Source: Planctomycetota bacterium
GTDB lineage: Bacteria > Planctomycetota > B15-G4 > JADJEK01
DNA length: 64,000 nucleotides
Direction of reading: 5' to 3'
NCBI GenBank assembly: GCA_016213895.1
Contig: JACQZJ010000076.1
Location: forward strand, 1,291 to 65,290
Positions 20,836 through 31,403 of the stretch are shown piece after piece. A model generated the notes under the pieces. That model had not been told where the DNA came from, made no database searches, and saw only the letters and a list, made by a program, of their open reading frames with translations. The number at the start of each line of letters is the position of its first letter. Within the stretch, counting starts at the first letter, position 1. Position numbers and translations under genes: made by a program.

Positions 20836-21294
20836 TCAGTCCGCGGACGACGTGTGGTCAAGCACGATCCGCCACTCGTCGCCGATCCGACGGAAGAGCA
20901 GCGTGAACCTGCCCTTGGGCTGATCTTCCGGCCGTTCCAGGAGCCATGCGCCCGTGACCACGGCCGCGTCCTCGGCCAGCACGCGCACCTCGAGGTCGGA
21001 GAACGAGAGCTTGCCCATGCGGCCGGGCTCGCCGTAGGCCGCGTGGTAGCCGTCCCGGGTCTCCTGCCAGCCCCGGCGCACCTTGTCCCCGGACACGAAC
21101 ACCAGCTCGGGCGAACGCAGGTAGCCCTTCATGTACTCGTCGATGAGCCCGGCGTTCCAGGCGCGCTCCTGCTCGGCGAGCACGCCGCGCACCGCCTCCT
21201 CGGCCCGTGTGAACTCGGCCACGGTGAGCCCGGACGGTCCCTGCGTGCAGGCGAGGAACGGCAGAACGAAAAGGCAGCGGAGGGGCGCTATCAT
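20836..21294 (-). CDS. NTF2-like (DUF4440/SnoaL) exported protein
   Basis: QERAWNAG...YMKGY, GRFTLLF...WRIVLDHTS; RBS AGGAG. Confidence 0.85.
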   Translation of the reverse strand: MIAPLRCLFVLPFLACTQGPSGLTVAEFTRAEEAVRGVLAEQERAWNAGLIDEYMKGYLRSPELVFVSGDKVRRGWQETRDGYHAAYGEPGRMGKLSFSDLEVRVLAEDAAVVTGAWLLERPEDQPKGRFTLLFRRIGDEWRIVLDHTSSAD

Positions 21295-21398
21295 GGCGGG
21301 GACGACTCCTGTAGCGGTCGCCGTGGCCGGCTGGCAGTGCGCCATATTATGACTCCGCGGGAGAGGATGCCCGCCGCATGCGGAAGGAGAGCGACGTG

Positions 21399-22115
21399 AT
21401 GCGACCGGCCATCGCCCTGGACATCGAGACCGTCGGAGTCGGCTGGGACGAGCTGGACGAGCCGACGCGGACCTACCTGGTCACGCGCGCCGCGCGCAAG
21501 ATGGGGCGCGAGGGCATCACCGACGGCAGCGCCGAGGCCCTGGCGCGCGAGGCCCTGGGGCTCTCGCCCGGCACGGGCAGGGTCGTCGCCATCGGCCTGG
21601 TGAACCTGGAATCGGAGCAGGGCGCGCTGCTCTACGAGGGCACGGAAGGGTGGCTCGCGACCGAGCCCAACGCCACGCGCCTCTTCCGCGGCCCGGAAGC
21701 GGCCATCCTGCGCGAGTTCTGGCAGCTGCTCGAGCGCTACGGCCGGATCGTGACCTACAACGGCCGCGGCTTCGACCTGCCCTACGTGTACCTCCGCTCC
21801 GCCCTGCACGGCATCCGCCCGAGCCGCCAGGTGCTCGGCAACCGCTACTCCATCGCCGAGCACTGCGACCTGGCCGAGGTGCTGACCTTCTTCGGCGCCG
21901 CGCAGGAGCGCTTCTCGCTCGACTACTGGTGCCGCCGCTTCGGGATCACGTCGCCCAAGGCCGAGGGCCTGGACGGGTCCCAGGTGAACGCCTTCTACCG
22001 GGACGGCAGGATCGAGGAGATCGCCGAGTACTGCCTGCGGGACGCGGCCGCGACCGCCAAGCTCTACCGCGCCCTGGAAGGCACGCTCATCGACCTGCAG
22101 GGCAAGCGCGCCTGA
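21399..22115 (+). CDS. PolB-like 3'-5' exonuclease (RNase H-like DEDD)
   Basis: Motifs LDIET, TYNGRGFDLP, HCDL and YCLRD. Confidence 0.85.
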   Translation: MRPAIALDIETVGVGWDELDEPTRTYLVTRAARKMGREGITDGSAEALAREALGLSPGTGRVVAIGLVNLESEQGALLYEGTEGWLATEPNATRLFRGPEAAILREFWQLLERYGRIVTYNGRGFDLPYVYLRSALHGIRPSRQVLGNRYSIAEHCDLAEVLTFFGAAQERFSLDYWCRRFGITSPKAEGLDGSQVNAFYRDGRIEEIAEYCLRDAAATAKLYRALEGTLIDLQGKRA

Positions 22116-22151
22116 GCGCCGCCCCCCGGGGGGCGCGGTCAGCCGCGCGGG

Positions 22152-22547
22152 TCAGTGGCGGCGCTGGACGTAGTCCTGGAGGATGGCCTCGTGATCGAAG
22201 GCCAGCTCCGGGAGCTGGTCGAGGGGGAAGGCGCGCGCCGTCTTGGCGTCGTCGCCGCCCTTGGGCTCGCCGTCGGCCGTGGCCAGGAAGACCACGCTCA
22301 CCGTGTGACCGCGCGGATCGCGCTCGGGATCGGAGTAGGCGTGGAACTGGCGCCCCAGGGTGACGTCGAGGCTGGTCTCCTCCTTGGCCTCGCGCACCGC
22401 GGCCTGCTCCAAGGTCTCGCCCCACTCCACGAAGCCGCCGGGCAGCGCCCAGCCGAGAGGCTCGTACTTGCGCTCGACCAGGACGACCCCGTCCGCGACC
22501 TGGATGATGAGGTCGACGGTCAGGCGCGGCTGGCGCTGTTCATTCAT
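22152..22547 (-). CDS. NUDIX hydrolase
   Basis: Nudix box [30 protein letters not shown]. Confidence 0.9.
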   Translation of the reverse strand: MNEQRQPRLTVDLIIQVADGVVLVERKYEPLGWALPGGFVEWGETLEQAAVREAKEETSLDVTLGRQFHAYSDPERDPRGHTVSVVFLATADGEPKGGDDAKTARAFPLDQLPELAFDHEAILQDYVQRRH

Positions 22548-22620
22548 GTGGCGTGCTCCGCGGGAAGCGAATGCGCCACTTTACGCGTCGCTGCGCGGCG
22601 CCGCCAGCCCCTGCGCAGCC

Positions 22621-25600
22621 CTAGCGCGCGACCGGCTCCTTGTACTCGGGGCGCGGCCGCGGCGGGTCGCGCTCGAGCGCGGCCAGAGCCAGCTCCACCG
22701 CCTTCTCGAGCTGCGGATCGCGGCCGGCGATGACCTCCTTCGGCCACTCGATGACCTCGTAGTCCGGGGCCACGCCGATGTTCTCGACCGCCCACTCGCC
22801 GTTCTCGTCCATCACGCCGAAGTTCGCCGCGGTGACGAACCCGCCGTCCATGAGCGCGGGGTAGCCGGAGATGCCGACCAGGCCGCCCCAGGTGCGCGTG
22901 CCCACGAGCGGTCCGACGCCCTCCTTCTGGAAGGCCCACGGCATCCAGTCGCCGCCCGAGCCCGCCGACTCGTTGATGATCATGACCTTCGGCCCTTCGA
23001 TCGTGCCGAAGGGGGTCTGGCCGACCCACCTCTCGCGGTTCATCCAGTAGGAGATCACGTTGCGCGAGAGGATGTCGATCACGTAGTCCGCGGCCTGGCC
23101 GCCGCCGTTGTAGCGCTCGTCCAGGATCACGCCCTGCTTGCCGAGCTGGCTGAAGAAGTCGCGGTCGAAGGCGGCCATGCCGCCGCCCGCCGTATCCGGC
23201 ATGTAGATGTAGGCCAGCCGTCCGCCGGACAGCTCGCTCACGCGCTGGCGGTTCGACTCGATCCAGGAAAGGTGGCGCAGGCCGAACTCGTCCCCGATCG
23301 GCACCACCGTCATGGTGCGCGCGTCGTTGCCGTCGGGCTTCGAGGCGAGCGTGATTTCCACCTGCCGGCCCGCGGTGTTCTCGAAGGCGCGGAAGATGTT
23401 CTCGTCCGCCATGACCGGCCGGCCGTTCACGGTGATCAAGTAGTCGCCGGCGCGTGCGTCCACGCCCGGGCCGGTCAAGGGCGCGCGCAGCCCGGGGTTC
23501 CAGTTCTGCCCGCGGTAGATCCGGGTGATGCGGTAGCGCTGCCGGTCGACCTCGTAGTCGCAGCCGAGCAGGCCGACGGAGACGCCGCCCGGCGGGCCCG
23601 GCATCTCGCCGCCGCCGCAGTACTCGTGGCCGCAGCACAGCTCGCCGATCATCTCGGAGACGAGCACGTTCAGGTCGGCGCGGTGCTTGACGTGCGGTAG
23701 GAAGGCGGACCAGCGCCGCCATATCGCCGGCCAGTCGACGTGGTGCATGTTCGGGTCGTAGAAGTAGTCGCGCTCGATGCGCCACGCCTCGCGCAGGATC
23801 TGCGGCCACTCCTCGGCCGGCTCGACGCGCACCGTCACCCCGCCGATGTTCAGGCCCTTGGCGTCCTGGCCCGAGGCGTTTCGGATCGACCAGCCGCCCC
23901 CCTCGCTGGTGAGCAGCCACTGGCCGTCCCCGGACACGCGGAAGCCGTTGATCCCGCCAGCCAGCGTGTTGCTCTTGCGCGAGTCGAAGTCGAAGCTCTT
24001 GAGTTCGGGCCCGCCCCCGCGCGGCGCCTGGATGAAGAGCAGCTTGTCCTTGCTGCAGGCCAGGTTGTAGTAGATGCCGGAACCGAGCGGCAGGGCCAGG
24101 ATCCGCTGGTCGAGGCCCTCGAGGTCGATGGAGGGCTTCTCCTCCTTCTTCTCTTCCTCTTTCTTCTCCTCGGGCTTGGGCGCCTCCTCTTTCTTCTCCG
24201 CGGCCGGAGCCTCTCCCTCGGCCTTCTTCTCGCCCTCCTGGGGCGCTTTCTCCTCTGCCGCGGCCGCGCCTTCCCCGCCGTCTTCCTTCTTCTCGTCCTT
24301 CTTGTCCTCCTCCTTCTTGTCCTTGTCGGGCTTGTCCTTCTCGTCCTTCTTCTTCGTTGGCCGCGCCGAAGTCGTCCGTGAGCGAGGTGGTGGTGCGGGT
24401 CGCCAGCTCGTAGAGGGAGATGTGGTCGTAGAGAGTGCGCAGGTTGCGGTTCTCGTAGGCGATCCACTTGGAATCGGGCGACCACACGGCCGTGGGCCGC
24501 ACCACGCCGAGGGAGCCCTGCACGCTGCCGAATTCGGTCAGCACGCCGCTCTCGAGCGTGACTAGGCCCAAGCGGTTCCCCTTGTCCGTGAACAGGATGT
24601 GCTTGCCGTCCGGGCTCCAGACCGGGTCGTAGAAGAAGCCGCCGTCGCCGAGGTCGTAGCTGCGGGCGGGCTTTCGGCCGCGCGCGTCTCCCACCATGAG
24701 CTGGTACTCGCCGCTCGCGTCCGAGAGCCATGCGACCTGCTCGCCGTCCGGCGACCAGACCGGGCTGCGCTCGTGCACCCCGGGCGAGTTGGTGAGGTTG
24801 CGCGGGTCGCCGTGCTCGCGCGGCACGGTGATGATCTCGCCGCGCGCCTCGAAGACCGCGCGCTTGCCGTTCGGCGCCACGTCCGCCGCGCGCACCGCGC
24901 CGCCCACCGCCTGCCAGCGCGGCAGGGCGGCCAGGTCGTCGGCGCGGATCCGGATGGCGAGGCGCTCCGAGGTGCGTCGTTCCGGGTCGTAGAGGTGCAG
25001 CGACCCGGCCTGCTCGAAGACGATCACGCCTCCGCCGGCGCTCATGGAGCGGATGTCGAAATCGGTGAAGTAGGTGAGCTGCTCGGCCTTGCCCGAGCCG
25101 GGCGCGTAGCGCCACAAGTTCATGTGGTCGTCGCGGTCCGAGGCGAAGTAGACCTGGCCGTCGAGCCAGCAGGGGAAGGTGTCGGTAGCGTGCGCGTGGG
25201 GGATCTCCTCGACCTCGTGCGTCGCGGGGTCGTAGATCCAGACGGGCGGGACCGTGCCGCCGCGATGCCGCTTCCAGGTGCGGAAGGCGTCGCGGATGGG
25301 GGTGTAGGCGATGCGCGAGGCGTCCGCGTTGTAGGCCGCGTGGTTGGCCTTGGGGATCTCGAGCATGGCGGGCGTGGAGCCGCCGTCGGTTTCTGCCAGG
25401 AAGAGGCGCGGTGCCGGCGCGCCCGAGGCGCGCATGCTGCGGAACAGCACGCGCTTGCCGTCCGGATGCCAGCCGAGCACGCGGTCCTCCCCAGGGTGCC
25501 AGGTCAGGCGGCGCGGCGCCCCGCCCTCGACCGGCACGACGTAGACGTCGGTGTTGCCTTCGTACTGGCCGGAGAAGGCGATGTGGAGTCCGTCGGGGCT

Positions 25601-25840
25601 GAAGCGCGGCGCGACCTCGGCGCCGGAGCTGCTCGTGAGCCGGCGCGCTTCGCCTCCCCTGCGCGGGGCGACCCAGATGTCCGCGGCGTAGACGAAGGCC
25701 ACATGCTCGCGCGAGACCGAGGGGTCCTGGAGCAAGAGGGTCTCCTCGTCGGGCCGCGCGCGCGCGGTTTGCAGGGCGAGGCACAGGAGGAAGGCAACGG
25801 CGCAGGCGGCGCGCCACGGGGACGGGCGGGCTGCGGTCAT
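22621..25840 (-). pseudogene. Tricorn protease (S41) with a frameshift or internal deletion near 24356
   Basis: N-terminal propeller repeats (FSPDG, WSPDG) in one frame. K/E-rich linker, PDZ and S41 core (DERYNGGG, SAGSGGD, GTRTWGGLVG) in another. Confidence 0.85.
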
Positions 25841-26022
25841 GGGCGGCTCCTCAGTGGTTCGCGAGAGGGCGGCGAGTCCGGCAATCTACCTCGGCCGGTC
25901 GGGTCGAGCCATCGCGGGGCAATCCTTACTGGAGCGGGGAGGCCCCTGTTGGGAGGAAATCCCCGTCTCGCGGCTGGCGGCGGCTCTGCGGCGCCGCCGC
26001 CCTGTGCTACTTTCGTAAGATC

Positions 26023-27429
26023 ATGGCTGGAGAAGAGCGTTTCGCCGGCGCCGCCGTGACCGCGGAGCTGCTGCGGAAGTACGACCGGCCCGGGCCGCGC
26101 TACACCTCGTATCCCACGGTGCCGGTGTGGAGCGGCAGCTTCGGCCCCGCGGATTACGAACGCCGCCTGCAGCGCGCCGGGCGCGAGGCCCGGGATCTGC
26201 CCTTCTCCCTGTACGTGCACGTCCCCTTCTGCGCCTCGCTCTGCTTCTACTGCGCGTGCAACGTGGTCGTCACCCGCAGGCGCGAGGTGGTGGCGCCGTA
26301 CCTCGCGCACGTGGAGCGCGAGATCGAGCTGGTCTCCGCCCGGATCGGCGAACGGCGCACGGCCACGCAGCTCCACCTGGGCGGCGGCACGCCCACTTAC
26401 CTTGCGCCGGCCGAACTGCGCCGCCTGGTTTCGGCGCTCCGCGCGCGCTTCCAGATCCTGCCAGGCGCCGAGATGGCAATCGAGGTCGACCCGCGCGTCA
26501 CCACGCGCGCGCACCTGGAGGCGCTGTCTTCCCTCGGCTTCAACCGCGTCTCGCTCGGCGTCCAGGACTTCTCGCCGCGCGTGCAGCGCGCGGTGAACCG
26601 CCGCCAAAGCGAGGAAGAGACGCGCGCCGCGGCCGACACGGCGCGCGCGCTCGGCTTCGCCTCGGTCAACGTCGACCTCATGTACGGGCTGCCGGAGCAG
26701 ACCGAGGAGGACTTCGCGCGCACGCTCGACGTGGTCCTCGACCTGCGGCCTGATCGCGTGGCGCTCTTCTCCTACGCCCACCTGCCGTGGCTCAAGCCGG
26801 CACAGGCCTCGTTCGAGCGCAAGGGATACGACCTGCCCGGGGCGGAGCGCAAGTTCGCCATCTTCCGCGCCGCCCACGACCGCTTCCTGAGCGCGGGCTA
26901 CGGCCAGATCGGCATGGACCACTTCGCCCTGGCCGAGGACGAGCTGGCGCGCGCGCGCGACGGCGGCTACCTCTTCCGCAACTTCCAGGGCTACACCGTG
27001 CGGCCCGCGCCCGACTCGCTCGCTTTCGGCGTCACCGGCATCTCGGACGTGGCCGGCTGCTACGCGCAGAGCGCGCGGCAGCTCGAGGAGTACTACCGCT
27101 TCCTGGACAACGGGTCGCTGCCGGTGGTGCGCGGCTGCGAGGTGACCGCCGAGGACGCGCTGCGGCGCGACGTGATCCTGGGCCTCCTCTGCAACTTCAC
27201 GCTCGACCTGGGGAAGATCGAGGAGCGGCACCGCATCGCCTTCGCCGAGCACTTCGCCGCCGAGCTGGCGCAGCTCCGGGACTTCGCGGCCGACGGGCTG
27301 GTCAAGCTCTCCGCGCGCGCCATCGACGTCACGCCGCTCGGGCGCTTCTTCATCCGCAACGTGTGCATGGTCTTCGACGCCCGCCTGCCGCGCGCGGGCG
27401 ACAGGCCGCTCTTTTCTCGCACCGTGTGA
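26023..27429 (+). CDS. hemN: Oxygen-independent coproporphyrinogen III oxidase
   Basis: Motifs GPRYTSYPT, CxxxCxxC (CASLCFYC), GGGTPT, IGMDHFA, RNFQGY and a FSRTV C-terminus. Confidence 0.93.
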   Translation: MAGEERFAGAAVTAELLRKYDRPGPRYTSYPTVPVWSGSFGPADYERRLQRAGREARDLPFSLYVHVPFCASLCFYCACNVVVTRRREVVAPYLAHVEREIELVSARIGERRTATQLHLGGGTPTYLAPAELRRLVSALRARFQILPGAEMAIEVDPRVTTRAHLEALSSLGFNRVSLGVQDFSPRVQRAVNRRQSEEETRAAADTARALGFASVNVDLMYGLPEQTEEDFARTLDVVLDLRPDRVALFSYAHLPWLKPAQASFERKGYDLPGAERKFAIFRAAHDRFLSAGYGQIGMDHFALAEDELARARDGGYLFRNFQGYTVRPAPDSLAFGVTGISDVAGCYAQSARQLEEYYRFLDNGSLPVVRGCEVTAEDALRRDVILGLLCNFTLDLGKIEERHRIAFAEHFAAELAQLRDFAADGLVKLSARAIDVTPLGRFFIRNVCMVFDARLPRAGDRPLFSRTV

Positions 27430-27460
27430 ACGAACGGCGCCTGGCCCCCTTCGCCGCGGG

Positions 27461-29005
27461 TCAGTTCCCGCCGCTGCCCAGCTCCGCGAGCACCTCGCTG
27501 TCGAGGCCCCAGGTCAGTGTGCTGTCGTACGGGTCCATGTCGATGGCCAGGAGCTGGTACTTCTTGCCCGTGTCCTTGGAGTCGCCGTCCGCGAGCTTGC
27601 GGTAGGCCTCGCCCAGATGGCGGTACATGTGCGGGTTCATGGGATCGAGCTGGATCCCCTTCTGCAGGACCTCGATCGCCTCCTTGGCCTTGTCGTCCTC
27701 GATGAGCAGCTCGCCATAGCCCAGGTAGGTGCTCGGGTTGGTGGTGTACCCCTCGATCGCCTTCTTGAAGAACACGCCCGCGCGGACGTTGCGGTCCCAG
27801 CGCTTGCAGAACATGGCGGCCGCGTGGTAGCCGCGCGCCGACTCCACCTTCATCGAACGGATGTAGTCGTACCACTCCTTCTCGTAGGCATCGAGGTCCT
27901 GGACGCCGAGCGTCTTCTTGAACTGATCGATGGCGAAGTCGCGCTTCACCCACATGAAGTTCGGGTTGCGCGGGTTGGCCTCGCGTTCGGCCGTGCCCCG
28001 CGCCAGCTTGTCGACGTAGGCCTTGAACTTCGGCCGGGTCTTGGCGTTCTCCATGAGCTTGTGGCAGAGCGACCAGGCCCAGGCGTACTTGATGCCGTCC
28101 TGGAACACGCTGTCGCGCAGCAGCCCTTCCAGGTCCTGGTTCTCGCCGCCGTCCATCTCGTCCATGAGTATGACCAGGCGCCCTTCCTGCTGGTGTCCGA
28201 GCGACATCTGCTTGGTGGTCGGATCCCACTGGCTGGCGCCGTAGTACTCGGCCATGCCCTCCTCGATCCAGGGCTCGAGCTGCCAGTTGTCCTTCGTGTG
28301 CAGGAAGAAGAGGTAGTGGTTCAGCTCGTGGAAGAGCACGTCGAGGGTGAGGCGCTCGTCCTGGCGCTCGTAGAAGAAGTTCAGCTCGATTGGGTCGACG
28401 AAGCGGAAGTAGCCCAGGACGTTCTCGCTCACGTTGCCGATCCGCGTGAAGTCCTCGCGCTTGTTGTAGAAGCAGACCTTGAGCTTCTTGCCCTTGGGCT
28501 GCTGCACCTTCCACTCCTTGGCGAAGGTGTCGTAGTAGACCTCGAACATGTCCATGTACTGGCGGCCGACGTCCAGCGGCACGGTGAACTCGAAGGAGAA
28601 GTGCTTGGTGTCCTGCTGGTAGCGGTCGCGCCACTCCTGGTGCTTCCTGTACTCGTCGAGCTGCGCGCGCCGCTCCTGCTGCTGCTTCTCGACGAGCTGG
28701 TCGCGCCGCGCCTTGGGGATCCACTTGCCCTCGAACGGCACCAGGCCCAGGGCGAGCTTCTCGGCCTCCTCGGGGGTCCGCGCCTCGACGCTGCCTCCTC
28801 CCTCGGCGCAGAAGAAGTCCTGCACCAGCTCCTTCGCGACGATGACCGAACCGTGCGGATAGACCACCTCGAAGTCCTTCTCGCGCTCGATGAGCTTGGG
28901 GACCTCGTAGTAGCGCCCGTCCTTGAAGAAGAGCGAGTCGCCCGCCGCGCTGGCCGCGGCGGCGCACACAAGAAACAGCGTGCTCAGGGTCGTTCGCGCG
29001 CGCAT
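27461..29005 (-). CDS. Secreted DUF1570-like gluzincin metallopeptidase with C-terminal TPRs
   Basis: HELNH...EEGMAEYY, signal peptide and TPR helices. Confidence 0.7.
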   Translation of the reverse strand: MRARTTLSTLFLVCAAAASAAGDSLFFKDGRYYEVPKLIEREKDFEVVYPHGSVIVAKELVQDFFCAEGGGSVEARTPEEAEKLALGLVPFEGKWIPKARRDQLVEKQQQERRAQLDEYRKHQEWRDRYQQDTKHFSFEFTVPLDVGRQYMDMFEVYYDTFAKEWKVQQPKGKKLKVCFYNKREDFTRIGNVSENVLGYFRFVDPIELNFFYERQDERLTLDVLFHELNHYLFFLHTKDNWQLEPWIEEGMAEYYGASQWDPTTKQMSLGHQQEGRLVILMDEMDGGENQDLEGLLRDSVFQDGIKYAWAWSLCHKLMENAKTRPKFKAYVDKLARGTAEREANPRNPNFMWVKRDFAIDQFKKTLGVQDLDAYEKEWYDYIRSMKVESARGYHAAAMFCKRWDRNVRAGVFFKKAIEGYTTNPSTYLGYGELLIEDDKAKEAIEVLQKGIQLDPMNPHMYRHLGEAYRKLADGDSKDTGKKYQLLAIDMDPYDSTLTWGLDSEVLAELGSGGN

Positions 29006-29019
29006 GACTCGTCCCTCCG

Positions 29020-30759
29020 TCACTTCGTGCGGCCTTCGGCGTACTTGCCCCACGAGCTGTCCAGGCTGTTCCAGTCCCCGTCGTCCCAGTCCTTGAAGGT
29101 GAGCTGGAAGGCGTCCTCGAGCAGGCGCTCGGCGACCTTCTCGTAGGCCTGGTCGCGTCGCTTGCGGTACTCCTCGTCCTCGGCCTTGAGCCGCTCCTCG
29201 TCGGACATGCCGGCGCCGCTCTTGGCCCCCGACTCCTTCCTGTCCTTCTCCAGGTCGGCCTCGACCTTCTGCACCAGGTCGTAGAGGTTGCCGATGTAGT
29301 GGGTCACGAGGGACGCGGTCTTCTTGTTCTTGCTGCCTGGACCCTCGATGAGGTAGCGCACCACCGAGGCGCACTGCGCCTGGGTGAAGCGCCCGAGCTG
29401 GCCCTGCCACAGCTCGTCTGGCGTGGTCGTGATCAGGGTCTTGACGGGCTTGATCGGCGCCAGCGCCGGGTTCGATCCCTCGAACTTCCGCTGCTCGAGC
29501 ATGGCATCGTTCAGCGCGTCCTCTTCCCACTGCTCGGGATTGAAGACGAGCTTGGAGCCTTTCAGCACCCCGTTGTTCACGTACTCCTGCAGGCCCCACG
29601 AGAGCCAGCGCGGCATCCTGTCCCAGAGCTGGTCGTTCTTGCCCTCCAAGAAGTTGCAGGTGATGTCCGTTGACAGGCCGCGGAACTCGGAAATCCAGCC
29701 GACGCTCTCGGGCTTGGCGAACTCGATCTCGCGCACCGTGCCCGGGACCAAGAGGATCAGGCGCGCACCCGTGGGGATGTCCGCCTCCTTCTCGTACACG
29801 CGGATGATCATGGATTGGACCTGCCCCGAGCCGACCGTGCCGAAGTGCGCCTCCATCCAGTCGCAGACCGCCTCGGCGTGCTGGCCCACTTCCTTGGCGT
29901 ACTTCGGCGGGCAGGCGTGGGCGATGAGGAAGTGCTCGGTCTCGAAGCTGCGCCAGCCCGCGGGCAGGGCGTCGATGCACTTCTTGAAAGCGTCTTCCTT
30001 CTGCTTCTTGCGCCGGGCGAGCAGCTCCTCGGCCGAGAGCTTGTCCTCGTCGACGTCGTCGCCGAGATCCAGGTCCACGGAGGCGCTGTCCGTGTCCTTG
30101 AGCTTGAGGCCGGCCTTGTCGAGCAGCTTGAAGCTGTTGAAGGTCTTCTTGAACTCCGCCGTCAGCTCCTCGAAGTGCTGCTCGGTGCAGCTGCACACGA
30201 TGGCGAACTCGCCGTTCGGCACCTTGAAGGCGCAGGCCATCCAGCGCTGCGGGATGTTGGTGCCCTTCTCGAACTTCATTTCATAAATGGTGGCGTCGAA
30301 GCCCGCGATCTTGGCCGGCTTCTCGCCGTCGAAGAAGAAGCCGGTGATCTGGTCCGAGGCGTACTCCTTGAAGTTCCGGTACAGGCGGCCGTTGATGAGC
30401 CAGCTCACCCGCGTCTTGCCTTCCTCGTTCGCACCCTTCTGGCTCTCCTCCTGCGCCTTGGCCACGTCCGCGGCCGAGCGCTCGGGGAAGAAGTAGGTGG
30501 CCATGTGCCGGTGGAACGTCCAACCGATCTTGCTCGGCAGCGCCTTGGTGCACTTGAAGGTGTCGACCAAGTAGTAGTCGAGGATCAGCCCGGCGAGGTC
30601 GCCCGCGTCCGGCGTCACCTCGAAGTCATCCGGGAGCGAGATGCGGTAGCCGATCTTTTCGTTCACGTGGGCGCCGGCGGCCAGAGCCGGGGCGGCCAGG
30701 AACGCGCACAGCAGAGCCGCGCGCCCAGCCAGGCGGATGGTCTTGTTCATGCATGTCAT
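29020..30759 (-). CDS. Secreted hypothetical protein; DUF1570-like C-terminal half lacking HExxH
   Basis: Signal peptide; ETEHFLI and MPRWLSWGLQEYV segments. Confidence 0.6.
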   Translation of the reverse strand: MTCMNKTIRLAGRAALLCAFLAAPALAAGAHVNEKIGYRISLPDDFEVTPDAGDLAGLILDYYLVDTFKCTKALPSKIGWTFHRHMATYFFPERSAADVAKAQEESQKGANEEGKTRVSWLINGRLYRNFKEYASDQITGFFFDGEKPAKIAGFDATIYEMKFEKGTNIPQRWMACAFKVPNGEFAIVCSCTEQHFEELTAEFKKTFNSFKLLDKAGLKLKDTDSASVDLDLGDDVDEDKLSAEELLARRKKQKEDAFKKCIDALPAGWRSFETEHFLIAHACPPKYAKEVGQHAEAVCDWMEAHFGTVGSGQVQSMIIRVYEKEADIPTGARLILLVPGTVREIEFAKPESVGWISEFRGLSTDITCNFLEGKNDQLWDRMPRWLSWGLQEYVNNGVLKGSKLVFNPEQWEEDALNDAMLEQRKFEGSNPALAPIKPVKTLITTTPDELWQGQLGRFTQAQCASVVRYLIEGPGSKNKKTASLVTHYIGNLYDLVQKVEADLEKDRKESGAKSGAGMSDEERLKAEDEEYRKRRDQAYEKVAERLLEDAFQLTFKDWDDGDWNSLDSSWGKYAEGRTK

Positions 30760-31098
30760 GGAGAACTCCCTCTTCCTTTCCAACCCTTTCACCAATGTTC
30801 CTTCCTCGTTCGGCGCGGCCGATCCCCGGCACGGCGCCAAGGGGGAGGACGCCTGCCGTTGAAGACCGGCCTTCCGCCGCCGGGTTCCGCGGACTACTGT
30901 AGCCGAAGCCGGGCGGGCCGCGATAGACCGGATTTTCGCCGCCGGCAGCGCCCGCCTGGTCCTTCGCGCCGGGCCCGGGGGACGCGTTCCCCCTTTGATG
31001 GCTCGGGTCGCGGGTCTTTGCGTTGATTTTCAAGAAAAAGCGAACGGCGGGGGGCGCGCGGCGGCGTCCGGGCCTGCTGCTGCTCGCGCACCGCGGCC

Positions 31099-31296
31099 GT
31101 GGCCGTGCCCGTGGCCGGCCTGGCGCTGGCCGGCGCGCTCTGGGAGAGCGGCCGGGTCACGCTGCCCCTGCCCCGCGCGCGGCCCGCGGCCCTGCCCGCG
31201 CCCGAGCAGGCGCGCCGCGCCGGCGACGACTACCTCGTGGTGACGCGGCGGAACGTCGCCAACCTGGAAGCCGCGCTGGCGCGAAACAACAAGTAG
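31099..31296 (+). pseudogene. Gene fragment; C-terminus resembles the end of metal-ABC substrate-binding proteins
   Basis: AGDDYLVVTRRNVANLEAALA with genome-typical codon usage but no credible start. Confidence 0.3.
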
Positions 31297-31403
31297 GGTC
31301 GAGGCGGCCGGGGCGCCGCTTTCCCGGACGGCCGCATCCTGGCGGCGCATATGATGTCCGTCCCGCCGGCGCGCGCCGGCTTGCACCACGGAGATCGACC
31401 CAG

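Noticed and set aside
22120..22135. Palindrome cgccccccggggggcg between convergent genes
   Set aside because: Possibly a terminator, but it has no loop or U-tract and is too short to support at this GC content.
26023..27429. Radical SAM enzyme as part of the lipid cluster (ladderane-like)
   Set aside because: Motifs match canonical HemN, and unrelated genes separate it from the cluster.
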